64,000 nt of DNA from a virus (IMGVR_UViG_2671180615_000003:1-64000), one strand, 5' to 3'; numbered from the stretch's first letter, positions 20,128 through 29,403 are shown. The notes: generated by a model from the sequence alone, not told the origin. Made by a program: numbers and translations.

Positions 20128-20991
20128 TTAAATAATTGAGAACAAATCATATTCTTGAGGGGTATTCAAAGATTCACAAAAGAACATGACCTCTTTAGCT
20201 TTAATCTTATGATAAGCACTATAGTTCAAATCATAGTCAGTCATCAGATAATCTTTATAAATTTCTTTTATCTCGTCGCAGTTATCATAAGAAACAATCC
20301 ACTTGGATTTAATTTTATCTAAAGCTTTTCTAATTTTCACATGGTCATCATGAACATAAAAATTTCTATAAAGTCCTTGTCCTTTGACATAGTAGGGTGG
20401 ATCTAAGTAGACAAGTGAATTATTCGGTAAAAACTCATCAACTCTTTTTATTAAATCCAATGCATCATCATTGTAAACATGAATTCGAGAAGCATTTAGT
20501 CCAACTTTCTCAATACGTTTACTAAGATTGACTTTATGAAATCTAGCATCGAGTGTGTAATTGCCATCCTGCTTCTTTCCTCCAATTACACCTCCCTTAA
20601 GAATGCCAGATCTATTTGTTCTATTAAGAAAAAATGCAGCAAAACCTATCTGCAGAGGATCATGACAAGATTGATCATTCAAAATCAATTTCTGTTTATG
20701 CCATTCATCAATAGTTACAGACGTATCGTGGAGTAATTTTAGAAATTCATCAGTATGTTTAGTTATAGACTTCCAAAAACTATAAACTGCTACATCAATG
20801 TCATTAATATGAATATCAGTTACGAATCCACTATATAGCAAATCTAATGCGACAGCTGCTCCACCAGCATAAGGCTCTAGATAATGTCCACCGACAAGTC
20901 CATTTGCTTCAAAAATAGATTTTACAACTGGTGCAAACTTACCTTTACCCCCAGGATACCTAAGTGGTGTATTGTAGATGTCAATACTCAT
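20128..20991 (-). CDS. DNA adenine methyltransferase, Dam/D12 class
   Basis: PLRYPGGK, YLEPYAGGAAV (motif I), IND, YLDPPYY (motif IV), WIVSYD. Confidence 0.93.
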   Translation of the reverse strand: MSIDIYNTPLRYPGGKGKFAPVVKSIFEANGLVGGHYLEPYAGGAAVALDLLYSGFVTDIHINDIDVAVYSFWKSITKHTDEFLKLLHDTSVTIDEWHKQKLILNDQSCHDPLQIGFAAFFLNRTNRSGILKGGVIGGKKQDGNYTLDARFHKVNLSKRIEKVGLNASRIHVYNDDALDLIKRVDEFLPNNSLVYLDPPYYVKGQGLYRNFYVHDDHVKIRKALDKIKSKWIVSYDNCDEIKEIYKDYLMTDYDLNYSAYHKIKAKEVMFFCESLNTPQEYDLFSII

Positions 20992-21055
20992 TGATATTCC
21001 AGTAACCTTTTACACATTTTAACAGGTTCTATCGAACATGGCCATATTCATCAAA

Positions 21056-22765
21056 CTAATTCAAAAATTCAGCTACTGAAATTTTCATTAACGGGTGTGT
21101 TTTATCAATTACTTTTAAAATCACAGACTTAAGCTCACTTTCAAAATATGAAAATTTTGAAGGATCACTATTGATCATTATTTTAAAAGGATTTTCTGCA
21201 ATTTTTCCCTTAATTAATCTCTGAACATCACTGTGCTTATAAAATGCTTTGAATTTTTCCCGAGTTTTACCTAAATCATCCTTTGAAGACTGTCTCTTTT
21301 GAATTACGATTTTAGTCAAATCATATTCTTCATTAGGAAAATGTTCTAAATCTAAAAAATCTAAAATTTGAGACGCAGCTTTCAAAAAAACCGGTCGAGT
21401 AAAACCAATACTGTTTTTCCAAAACACATTATCATTAGGCAATTTATACATGAAATCAAAAAGTAATTGATCAGGTGGTAAGGTGCATGGAAGTTTCAAA
21501 GTATTAAAATATTTCGAACCATTTGATTCATCACCATCGAATACAATAATACTATTACGGCAAAATTCTGGAATTTTGTGGTCAATTAAAGATAAATAGG
21601 TTTTACATCCTAGAGTGATATCTTTCATAGGATTTAGTAATTTATTTACTTTTCTATCTCTTACAAGCATTCTGAAAAATTCATAAGCTTCACCATCCTC
21701 GAAGTACAAATTAATTTTTGGAATTTTTTTCTCAGGTTCGAATTCAACAGTATCTATAAAAAGATCAGCGTAGATCTTACTCCATGAATAATTCTCTACA
21801 GCCTCCACCTCTCCATATGTATCAGTCATATAAACAGTTTTATAGTTTTTTATATCCAATTGTGACTTTTCGAATATATTCTGGATGATGATTGGTGAAT
21901 GAGTTGTAAAAATAATTTGAAGGTTATATTTCTTTGAAAAACTTTCTAAAGTTTTTATAAGTTCAGTTTGAGCACCAGGGAATAAACCAGCATCCAATTC
22001 ATCTATTAAAAGTATTCCTCCATGATAATCTGGATATTCTTCTTTTAGTTTCTTAAAAGAATATAATGCCATTAAAAGCTGACCAGTATTATCCTCACCT
22101 ACAGAAACCGACTCGTGATCATAGTAATCATTATGAACCACTACTGAATCAATTGTGCCTGTGGTTCCTGAGAGGTTTTTCCCCCCACTTTTCCCAAGTA
22201 ACTTATTATTTTCTCTAGTAAATTCGATTTCAATTGATTTAAGATAATCTAAATCCTCGTTTAATAAATATTTTTCCCTTTGCGCGATTGGCATGAGCCT
22301 TTTTAAGCTCAAGTAAATTACTGGATGAGTAACATTTCTACTAGAGTTAGTAGCAATTCCCTCTACAATATTACCTCGCACCACAGGTCTAGCTTTTATA
22401 CGGTCACTTGATTTGTATAAACCTAACTTTAAACTATCAATATTTTGCTCAAAATATGCATCATACAACTCATACTCGACATCCATAGATCCAGGTAAAT
22501 CATGAGTTGCAGATAATCTGAAATGTTCAGCAAATTCAGATTTAAATGGTCTACCTGCTATAGTTTTATAAGTTAATTTATTTTTATTTGTATAGTCTGT
22601 ATCAAAACTAAAAATTTGAGCGATCATACCTAAAATTGTAGATTTTGAAGTTCCATTTTTTCCACAAATTGCAGTAATTCTATGGCCAATGTTTATTTCA
22701 ATATTTTTCAAACCACGAAAATGATTAACCTTTATTTTTTTTAACTGAGTTATTTTTGAAGCCAT
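21056..22765 (-). CDS. ABC-type ATPase fused to a TOPRIM-like domain (OLD-like nuclease)
   Basis: Walker A GKNGTSKST, signature SVGE, Walker B/D-loop LLIDELDAGLFP, H-loop FTTHS; C-terminal LYFED and IVFDGD. Confidence 0.85.
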   Translation of the reverse strand: MASKITQLKKIKVNHFRGLKNIEINIGHRITAICGKNGTSKSTILGMIAQIFSFDTDYTNKNKLTYKTIAGRPFKSEFAEHFRLSATHDLPGSMDVEYELYDAYFEQNIDSLKLGLYKSSDRIKARPVVRGNIVEGIATNSSRNVTHPVIYLSLKRLMPIAQREKYLLNEDLDYLKSIEIEFTRENNKLLGKSGGKNLSGTTGTIDSVVVHNDYYDHESVSVGEDNTGQLLMALYSFKKLKEEYPDYHGGILLIDELDAGLFPGAQTELIKTLESFSKKYNLQIIFTTHSPIIIQNIFEKSQLDIKNYKTVYMTDTYGEVEAVENYSWSKIYADLFIDTVEFEPEKKIPKINLYFEDGEAYEFFRMLVRDRKVNKLLNPMKDITLGCKTYLSLIDHKIPEFCRNSIIVFDGDESNGSKYFNTLKLPCTLPPDQLLFDFMYKLPNDNVFWKNSIGFTRPVFLKAASQILDFLDLEHFPNEEYDLTKIVIQKRQSSKDDLGKTREKFKAFYKHSDVQRLIKGKIAENPFKIMINSDPSKFSYFESELKSVILKVIDKTHPLMKISVAEFLN

Positions 22766-22874
22766 AATGAAATAAGTAAAGTTACAAACCTAACACAATG
22801 TAACAAACCGTAATTTAAAAGGGAATACTTTATCCCACGTTAAAGTTTGAAATCAATTTTCAAAATAGATGAAT

Positions 22875-22906
22875 TTTAAGTAACTACATTTAAATAGTTA
22901 CTTAAA
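22875..22906. repeat. 12-bp perfect inverted repeat (operator or hairpin)
   Basis: TTTAAGTAACTA-N8-TAGTTACTTAAA between the gpGT stop and the ATPase start. Confidence 0.7.
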
Positions 22907-22914
22907 TTAATGTA

Positions 22915-23250
22915 TTATTTATTTTTCTTAGTAGTTAATTTCTTTACTACCTCATCCATAAACAAATTATCCAAAGCAAAAATACAGTCATTAAAGATAT
23001 GAGCATCAACAGGCAAATCATTATGCTCAGCATATACATTGATTGCCTGTTGATCTAAGCACAACGGTACACTTTGTTCATATCGTCTAGATCTGATAAT
23101 CGTGCTAAAGGCTGCAAGTATGGAATCTGCCGCATAAGAATATTCCGGTGGATCCGGAACATGTCCACCTAGGAACTTGATTTGTTCGATTTCGTGCGGC
23201 GTTTTTGACGCATAGGTCTTTTGGTACTTGTATAGTTCGAGGACTTTCCC
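22915..23250 (-). CDS. gpT-like C-terminal extension reached by -1 programmed frameshift
   Basis: G GGA AAG slippery site at 23244-23250; the -1 frame is open as VLELYKYQKTYASKTPHEIEQIKFLGG...KKNK to a stop at 22915-22917. Confidence 0.85.
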   Translation of the reverse strand, partial: GKVLELYKYQKTYASKTPHEIEQIKFLGGHVPDPPEYSYAADSILAAFSTIIRSRRYEQSVPLCLDQQAINVYAEHNDLPVDAHIFNDCIFALDNLFMDEVVKKLTTKKNK

Positions 23251-23678
23251 AAAATCGTAGCTTTGTCCTTATCGGCATCTTCCTGGATCTTTTGCGCTTG
23301 CTCTTTAATGAATGACCAGATCAAAAGACCAATATCACCAAGGTTAAGCAGCTTAGATGCATTCTCAGGGGTATAAGGTTGCTCGGTTTCAATTGTATCG
23401 TCACCTTCTACTTCAGCAAAAACTACGCCCTTCCAATCTTCAATTAAATGAGCTCCAGCTGCATCTAATAAAAGCTCATGGTAAAGCTTTCCGTTTTCAT
23501 CTTTTACCATTACATCATAGCCTTTTGATGAAATTTGATTACCAGCCTTTTCTAAAGCAACTTGAAAAGGTTTATAGCCAATACCACGAATTTTAAACTC
23601 TGCTTGTCCACCTGCAGTTTCAAACGTACACCACTTCGATACTTCTGAACTTCGTACAATTCCAACTTTTAAAGCCAT
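23169..23678 (-). CDS. Tail assembly chaperone (gpG-like)
   Basis: Follows the tail tube gene; LIEDWKGV motif; contains the slippery site; start refined to MALKVG. Confidence 0.85.
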   Translation of the reverse strand: MALKVGIVRSSEVSKWCTFETAGGQAEFKIRGIGYKPFQVALEKAGNQISSKGYDVMVKDENGKLYHELLLDAAGAHLIEDWKGVVFAEVEGDDTIETEQPYTPENASKLLNLGDIGLLIWSFIKEQAQKIQEDADKDKATILGKSSNYTSTKRPMRQKRRTKSNKSSS

Positions 23679-23746
23679 ACCTACCTCGAAATTTAGATAA
23701 TAAAAAAGCCCATGGGATTCCACAGGCTTTATTGATTTGAATTGAA

Positions 23747-24664
23747 TTAAACAAGAGCACGCACAATCGTTGGAGCTGTACGCACTTGAGCAAAGTTGAT
23801 ATCTAAGGTGATGATGTCATCACCACCGCCGTCTGGGTGATTGGCTTCCATAACTTCTAACTGTGGGAAGTTGAACGAGTATTTACTGCCTTTGCTGTCT
23901 TTAATATCAAAGGCCAATGTAAACACATCACGGGTTTTGATGGCATCAATCCACCCCGCCGCAGTTGCCGAGAACATGAAAGAAGCATTCGCTTCGATAT
24001 CCATCATTTTCTCTAAGTAAAACTCTGGAGTGTATTTACCAGATCCAATACAACGAATCGCTTCAAGGTTGTTATTGATCGAAAGCGTAAGCGACTGCAT
24101 ACATGCTTTACCTTGAATAGATTGACCATTCACAAGTAAATTTTCAACGTTTGGCATGCTGACCAATGGTCGAGTTGAAGCTGCAACAGGGTTTACAACT
24201 GGGCTTGTAGTCTGTCGTGTAAATGAGCTACCTACTAAACCAAAATTACCAGTGATTTTTCCGGTAGTTTGAATAGTGATTTCGCCGGTATTCACCTGCA
24301 CGCCACGGTAGATAAATACCTGCCCAACATCTTCAAAAACTTTAACTAGCGTTAATGACTTACGAACTGTACCGCCAATAGTTAAGCTGTTTGTGGCCCA
24401 GTTGTTGAAAGCTAAAGCACTTAAGAATAAATCAAAGGTTCCAAGTGATAATTCAAACTCTAACTGACCAGCTACTTCAGCTTCAGTAACTACACCGCCT
24501 TGACGATAACGTGAATCAACCACTTCGCTGCTTTCTTCTGTAGAGACATTTTCTGATAAGCCATCAGTTACACGGCGAACGGTGTACCAAATTGGGTTTG
24601 CTGGAGTCGTCCCTAATACTGCTTCTTCACAAGCATATAATCGAATTTTCGCGCCTGAACTCAT
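23747..24664 (-). CDS. Major tail tube protein
   Basis: 305 aa; SSGAK...EEAVLGTTP...SSEVVDSR pattern; position. Confidence 0.85.
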   Translation of the reverse strand: MSSGAKIRLYACEEAVLGTTPANPIWYTVRRVTDGLSENVSTEESSEVVDSRYRQGGVVTEAEVAGQLEFELSLGTFDLFLSALAFNNWATNSLTIGGTVRKSLTLVKVFEDVGQVFIYRGVQVNTGEITIQTTGKITGNFGLVGSSFTRQTTSPVVNPVAASTRPLVSMPNVENLLVNGQSIQGKACMQSLTLSINNNLEAIRCIGSGKYTPEFYLEKMMDIEANASFMFSATAAGWIDAIKTRDVFTLAFDIKDSKGSKYSFNFPQLEVMEANHPDGGGDDIITLDINFAQVRTAPTIVRALV

Positions 24665-24759
24665 TTATAGTTCTCCAAAATTTAGGCATAAAAAACCCGC
24701 TTCATGAGCGGGTCGGTATAAATAGAGGGAGTAAAAAAACCCGCTAAATTAGCGGGTTC

Positions 24760-25914
24760 TTATTGAGTTTCATCTGAGGTTTCTGAAGGTTCAGGTGGAG
24801 CTATGCCGACCATGGCCGCTGAAACTGCTTCGGATAAATTAGTGGGTTGGAAGTTAAAAGGCGTTTCAGATAAATGTTCTTCTTCTGGCTCCGGTTCGGG
24901 TTCTTCATGCAAACGAATATCAACCCAGCGTGCTTCTGGAATATCCATAGGCATTTCTAAATCAGCTACTACTGCAGCAAGTTCAAAATCAAACTTACGT
25001 TTATAAGTTTTAATTGAAATATCGCCGTTTTCCAATGTGTCATACACCACAGCTACGATCGTGTTTCCATTTGCATCCTTAGGTACTTCGATATACCAGC
25101 CTTCCTGAGCAAAACCTAAAGAACCCTTAAGCAGATATTCACCAACATCGACTTTCTTAAACTCAATTGGTTGTTTTTCTGCGTCTTCATTCAGTTCAAT
25201 ATGATCACTAAATAACTTAACTACAGGAGATGCTGATTTTAAAAATCCGTTGGCATCAACAGAAGTGTTAAAACTGGTCTTTAAATGTCCCCAAGCAGTC
25301 CATGAATCAGCCCCAGCTCCATAACGAAAATAAAGTAGTCCTCCATAAACTGACTTAAAAATTTGCCAAGAATAAGTCCCGTATGAGTTTGTTCCCAAAT
25401 ACGACATCAAAGAACCATAACGGCTAGGCATATTAAGGGGGTTGCTGACATTTCCTCCTTGCCAGTCGCCATTTGATATAAATGTAAACTTATTATCACC
25501 TAATACGGCAGCCCATTGAGTAATGGATACCTTGTCATATAACTCGTTAATTTTACTTCCAGAAAATCCAGGAATCCCCATATCACCTAAACCAAGAACT
25601 AAACGAGCACCTGCTGTAGAAGAAGCACCCGTTCCACCTTGCGCAACTGAAAGTGGTGTAGTTAAGCCTTTCATTTCAATAATATCGGTATTTGTACCTT
25701 TTTCAGCAGCTCCGAGATTTGATCGAGCGTCTGCTGCAGTTGTAGCCCCAGTACCACCTTGAGAGATAGTGGCTGTACCAACTACTTGAGAAAAGTTAGG
25801 GACTAAATTAGGAATACCCGACGCAAATGGCAGCATAAATTGCCGCTTACCTTGGGCCGAGTTCAACTGGAATGGTCGATGGTCCCAATTAAATTTAAAT
25901 ACAAGATTTGCCAT
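24760..25914 (-). CDS. Tail fibre-like protein
   Basis: Two QGGTGA-x-A-x-AR-x-LG repeats, knob-like middle, VDANGFLKSASP...WVDIRL fibre C-terminus. Confidence 0.75.
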   Translation of the reverse strand: MANLVFKFNWDHRPFQLNSAQGKRQFMLPFASGIPNLVPNFSQVVGTATISQGGTGATTAADARSNLGAAEKGTNTDIIEMKGLTTPLSVAQGGTGASSTAGARLVLGLGDMGIPGFSGSKINELYDKVSITQWAAVLGDNKFTFISNGDWQGGNVSNPLNMPSRYGSLMSYLGTNSYGTYSWQIFKSVYGGLLYFRYGAGADSWTAWGHLKTSFNTSVDANGFLKSASPVVKLFSDHIELNEDAEKQPIEFKKVDVGEYLLKGSLGFAQEGWYIEVPKDANGNTIVAVVYDTLENGDISIKTYKRKFDFELAAVVADLEMPMDIPEARWVDIRLHEEPEPEPEEEHLSETPFNFQPTNLSEAVSAAMVGIAPPEPSETSDETQ

Positions 25915-26267
25915 TATGCTGTTACCCCATCAATCACTTGGAAAGTCAAAGTTTCGGTATGTTGAGTGTTGCCGCTTACTACGGCTTTAATATCCATTTG
26001 GCACAAACCTACAGGCCATGCTGCTGTGCTTGCTCCTGATTTCACGTTAAGCCAACCTTTCTGTGTGCTTTGGCTTAAAGCTGCACAAGTCAAAGTAGCA
26101 ATCACTGTTCCATCCACCAACGATTTAACTTGTGATGTAAACGTGTAGCTTGTTAGATCGATGGCACGGCGAACATCATCAGGTGGAAATTGCAAAGCCT
26201 CATCCATATCAACCAGCTGCAAATTCAAGTTGAATGTGTCACCACGCTTAAAACAAAAATTGCTCAT
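25914..26267 (-). CDS. Virion adaptor-like protein (BppU-N-like), coupled to the fibre gene
   Basis: KRGDTF...IDLTSYTFTSQV motif; TAATG overlap. Confidence 0.6.
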   Translation of the reverse strand: MSNFCFKRGDTFNLNLQLVDMDEALQFPPDDVRRAIDLTSYTFTSQVKSLVDGTVIATLTCAALSQSTQKGWLNVKSGASTAAWPVGLCQMDIKAVVSGNTQHTETLTFQVIDGVTA

Positions 26268-26334
26268 AAGTGATTCCTGTAAAAATAAAAAACCACCGAT
26301 GAGGTGGTTGTGAAAGATTGGTTTGTTATGTGCT

Positions 26335-26733
26335 TTAGTTAACTAAATAACTTATTGATACATTGTATTGAATGAAGTCAGCATCTTTTCCTGCATAAAT
26401 TGATTCGCCATTCAAACACTCTAAATCCTCAAATGAAAAATACTCAAAATGTGCCAGCAAATCATCACTAAGAACTGTTAGTGCTTTTTCTCCGGTATGC
26501 AATCGATCAAAACATTGAACCATGATATTACCAGTACGACGGTTACAAGGTTTATCTGCTACACCGGAAGTAAAACTCGGACCACGTGCAATCGTTAATC
26601 GACACCATAAGCCTTCTTTTGGAACCTTAAACCCTGGCGCATTTGGATACTGGATTCTGTCCTGGGCAATACCAGTAAAGCTTTGCATACGATCGATAAT
26701 AGCTTGCCTTGTCTGCTCTAAAGTCATTGCCAT
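26335..26733 (-). CDS. Tail terminator-like protein
   Basis: Position after the HK97 gp10-like gene; YPNA..WCRL pattern; start refined to MAMTLEQ. Confidence 0.7.
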   Translation of the reverse strand: MAMTLEQTRQAIIDRMQSFTGIAQDRIQYPNAPGFKVPKEGLWCRLTIARGPSFTSGVADKPCNRRTGNIMVQCFDRLHTGEKALTVLSDDLLAHFEYFSFEDLECLNGESIYAGKDADFIQYNVSISYLVN

Positions 26734-26734
26734 C

Positions 26735-27106
26735 TTAACCACCGTACTTTTGAGAAATATAAGTAAACGTGGTCTTGTAAATACCTTGCGGTGCTTGATC
26801 AGACCACCCATCTTCTAAGCGTTCAGCATAGGGCTGGTTGTTTTGAATATAGATCAAACTACCAAGTTTAAATTTCACAGCTTGAATCGCTGCATCTTGC
26901 ACGGCGTTTGTTTCAGGTCCACGTACACCATAGTCACCAGATCCAATCGAAACAATATGAGAAGCACGATAAGCGCCAGTATCAACGGGACTTGAAACGA
27001 CCAAAGACTGAACAGCATCCATTGTAATTTTCTTTACCTTGTCCTCTGCTGTTTTAGCCACATCAAAACTAAATTCAGTTGGCTTTCTCCCCTTCCACCC
27101 CATCAT
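26735..27106 (-). CDS. HK97 gp10-like tail completion protein
   Basis: SPVDTGAYRAS...YIQNNQPYAERLEDGWSDQAP motifs. Confidence 0.85.
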   Translation of the reverse strand: MMGWKGRKPTEFSFDVAKTAEDKVKKITMDAVQSLVVSSPVDTGAYRASHIVSIGSGDYGVRGPETNAVQDAAIQAVKFKLGSLIYIQNNQPYAERLEDGWSDQAPQGIYKTTFTYISQKYGG

Positions 27107-27479
27107 TCACCTCGCTTTCTTCATACATTTCAAAAAGGTCTTGAGCGATCGCTTGAATCGAATATGCTTCAAACTCTACACTTGGCTCGCGCTCACTCAT
27201 TCGCCGTTTTACTATTTGCCAGATTTGCACAGCCTCATGTAAAAGCAATCCATAAACTTGTATTTGGTCCTTATCTGCTGTATCTCCAATTTGGACAATT
27301 GCATATGCGCCATCTGAATAAGAACTAACCTGAGCATCCGCCCCCATATCTAAAAATTGATCAGCATTGCCCATATCTTCAAATAACAAATCCATATGTA
27401 TTTGATTTCGAGCAAGCGCATACTGCACATGTTGAAATGGTGATATATGCCATAAAGGTACGTAATCTGTACTTATCAT
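27075..27479 (-). CDS. Phage hypothetical protein with a zincin-like HEAVQ...E motif
   Basis: LLHEAVQIWQ...EFEAY. Confidence 0.7.
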   Translation of the reverse strand: MISTDYVPLWHISPFQHVQYALARNQIHMDLLFEDMGNADQFLDMGADAQVSSYSDGAYAIVQIGDTADKDQIQVYGLLLHEAVQIWQIVKRRMSEREPSVEFEAYSIQAIAQDLFEMYEESEVNDGVEGEKAN

Positions 27480-27528
27480 TTAAACTCCTAATTTGTGCCC
27501 ATTAAAAAACCCACCGAAGTGGGTTTCT

Positions 27529-28239
27529 TTACATGTTTCTTTTAATCTCATTTCCCAAAGTAACTATCGAAAAATATCTACTTGTTAGTTCGTTATGAAT
27601 TTCATGAAACTTTAGATATCTATCCATAAAATCATCACGAATATTTTTGATTTCTTCTTCGTGGATTTTTCTACCTATATCGTCTTTTATTAATTTACCT
27701 TCTCGATAAGTATTAAATTCCATAATATTTAAATGGTTAAGAGCTACGTTTAGCTTTGCATAATACATCCCAACATTTTTTTTAAAATCTATTACTAACT
27801 GATTTTTTTCATCAATTTCAACTAAAAGGATTCCTAAGAGATCCCTATACTCTAATAAAATTAATCTTTCAGAAAAATTTTCAAACTCAATATTACAGTT
27901 GATATTTTCTTTAAAAATTCTATTTACGTATTTACCAATTGTCGTTTCAACTTCTTTGAGTATTTTTTTAATTTCATCAATACTATTGAATTGTTCTTTT
28001 ATGTGATACTCAACCCTCCAGTCGTTAAATAAAACAAATGCAGCAATTGGGGCAAGAAATGCAGCACCTATGGTTAGACTATCTTTTAAAACATCATAAG
28101 CAAGTTTTTTATCCAGAAGGTACTGGTGTAGTGGAAATGAACTTAGTATAAAAAAACTGATCAATAAGTAGCCCAATATTCCACCACCAACAAAGTAGCC
28201 AACTCTTTTAATTTTATCTTCTAATTTTTTTCTAGCCAT
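27529..28239 (-). CDS. Membrane moron protein (2 TM, LFNDW motif)
   Basis: AT-rich insertion in the neck module; AAFVLFNDWR. Confidence 0.75.
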   Translation of the reverse strand: MARKKLEDKIKRVGYFVGGGILGYLLISFFILSSFPLHQYLLDKKLAYDVLKDSLTIGAAFLAPIAAFVLFNDWRVEYHIKEQFNSIDEIKKILKEVETTIGKYVNRIFKENINCNIEFENFSERLILLEYRDLLGILLVEIDEKNQLVIDFKKNVGMYYAKLNVALNHLNIMEFNTYREGKLIKDDIGRKIHEEEIKNIRDDFMDRYLKFHEIHNELTSRYFSIVTLGNEIKRNM

Positions 28240-28276
28240 ATATCCCCCTAATTTAGAAGGATATTAGACCAAGTAA

Positions 28277-28645
28277 TCAAACCTTCCTCAACTGACATTT
28301 CCAAATAGTTACAGCGGGATCCTGTTGAATGTGTTTGACACGAAAAGTACCTAAAGGTGTAACCCACTCATCTTCCATAATGGGCACCATTGTCACTTCA
28401 TTTTGAAGCACAATCGCTTTCTTATCTGTTGCCAGTACTCCAAGGGTTTGGATTTCATATTGACTGTATGAGCCAAATAGAACTCCACGGCCTGAATAGT
28501 TTTCTTTAACTTCAACATAAGTTTCTGACTTAGGATCCCAATTCTTTTTAGATACCCGTTCACATGTAAAGGTATGCACGGCATCTGCTAGATCTTCATT
28601 AAATGCTTCAGCAAGATCTGCCTGAAGTTCGTCACGTAAACCCAT
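28277..28645 (-). CDS. Head closure / head-tail adaptor
   Basis: Position; QDPAVTIWKCQLR C-terminus. Confidence 0.7.
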   Translation of the reverse strand: MGLRDELQADLAEAFNEDLADAVHTFTCERVSKKNWDPKSETYVEVKENYSGRGVLFGSYSQYEIQTLGVLATDKKAIVLQNEVTMVPIMEDEWVTPLGTFRVKHIQQDPAVTIWKCQLRKV

Positions 28646-29025
28646 TAGATTTTCCTAACAAAAAATATGCGTTTCCGTTTGCAATATGGTTTGATCAAAT
28701 CAAGAATATATTGCTCAGTCGCACTCAGTTTTACTGATCCGTCCTGGTATTCCTTTTCAGTTTCTACCGTATCTGCCTTCACTTTCTTGCGCTTTAATAC
28801 CTGTTCTTGGCCTTGATATAGTTCACCCTTCATGATGCCCTTTATGACTTCAAATGAAGCTGATTTAAGGGCTTTGGGTACTATGGTTGTGTCTTCATAA
28901 GGCTTAACATTACGCGCTAACAAGTAAGCTTCTGACTTTTCGAGATAGTCAGCTTTATCACTGGCAGATAAAGCATCAAAGCCTGCAACACGTTCAATTG
29001 CTTCTTGTTCAGTGATAAAGCTCAT
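28645..29025 (-). CDS. Head-tail connector protein
   Basis: Position after the capsid genes; KKVKADTVETEKEY motif. Confidence 0.7.
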   Translation of the reverse strand: MSFITEQEAIERVAGFDALSASDKADYLEKSEAYLLARNVKPYEDTTIVPKALKSASFEVIKGIMKGELYQGQEQVLKRKKVKADTVETEKEYQDGSVKLSATEQYILDLIKPYCKRKRIFFVRKI

Positions 29026-29028
29026 GGA

Positions 29029-29403
29029 TTATTCCTTTGGAAGTAATGCTAATAGTTCGTCTTTTTTAGCACCTGATTCAAATGCAATACCCTTTTCAGT
29101 TAACACCGCTCGAAGCTCATCAACTTTAAGTCCGGCATAATTAATAGACTGCACTTGGTCGTCACCAGTGTTTTGATTATCTTCAGGGTTTTGGTTACCT
29201 TGATCTTGCTGATTTTCGCCATCTGGCGTTTGTTTTCCTTCACCCAATTCAAGCTCAGCAATACGTGCTTTCATTGCTTCAGGATTATTCTGGAATGCAA
29301 TAAATTCACCTTTCAATGTTGCTAGTTGATCTTCTAACTCATTTATTTTAGCTTCAGTCATTTGTTGTCTTTCCCGTGCACGGTTAAATGATGAAAGTCC
29401 CAT
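29029..29403 (-). CDS. HeH/LEM-domain phage protein
   Basis: C-terminal LKVDELRAVLTEKGIAFESGAKKDELLALL. Confidence 0.8.
   Translation of the reverse strand: MGLSSFNRARERQQMTEAKINELEDQLATLKGEFIAFQNNPEAMKARIAELELGEGKQTPDGENQQDQGNQNPEDNQNTGDDQVQSINYAGLKVDELRAVLTEKGIAFESGAKKDELLALLPKE

Noticed and set aside
21056-22765. Assignment as Gabija, Septu, retron or PARIS
   Set aside because: No adjacent UvrD helicase, HNH gene, reverse transcriptase or separate AriB; the only partner is an adenine MTase. A fused PARIS-like relationship cannot be excluded without an HMM search.
27075-27479. Active metalloprotease
   Set aside because: The motif reads HEAVQ rather than HExxH, so the second zinc ligand is missing; function left unassigned.
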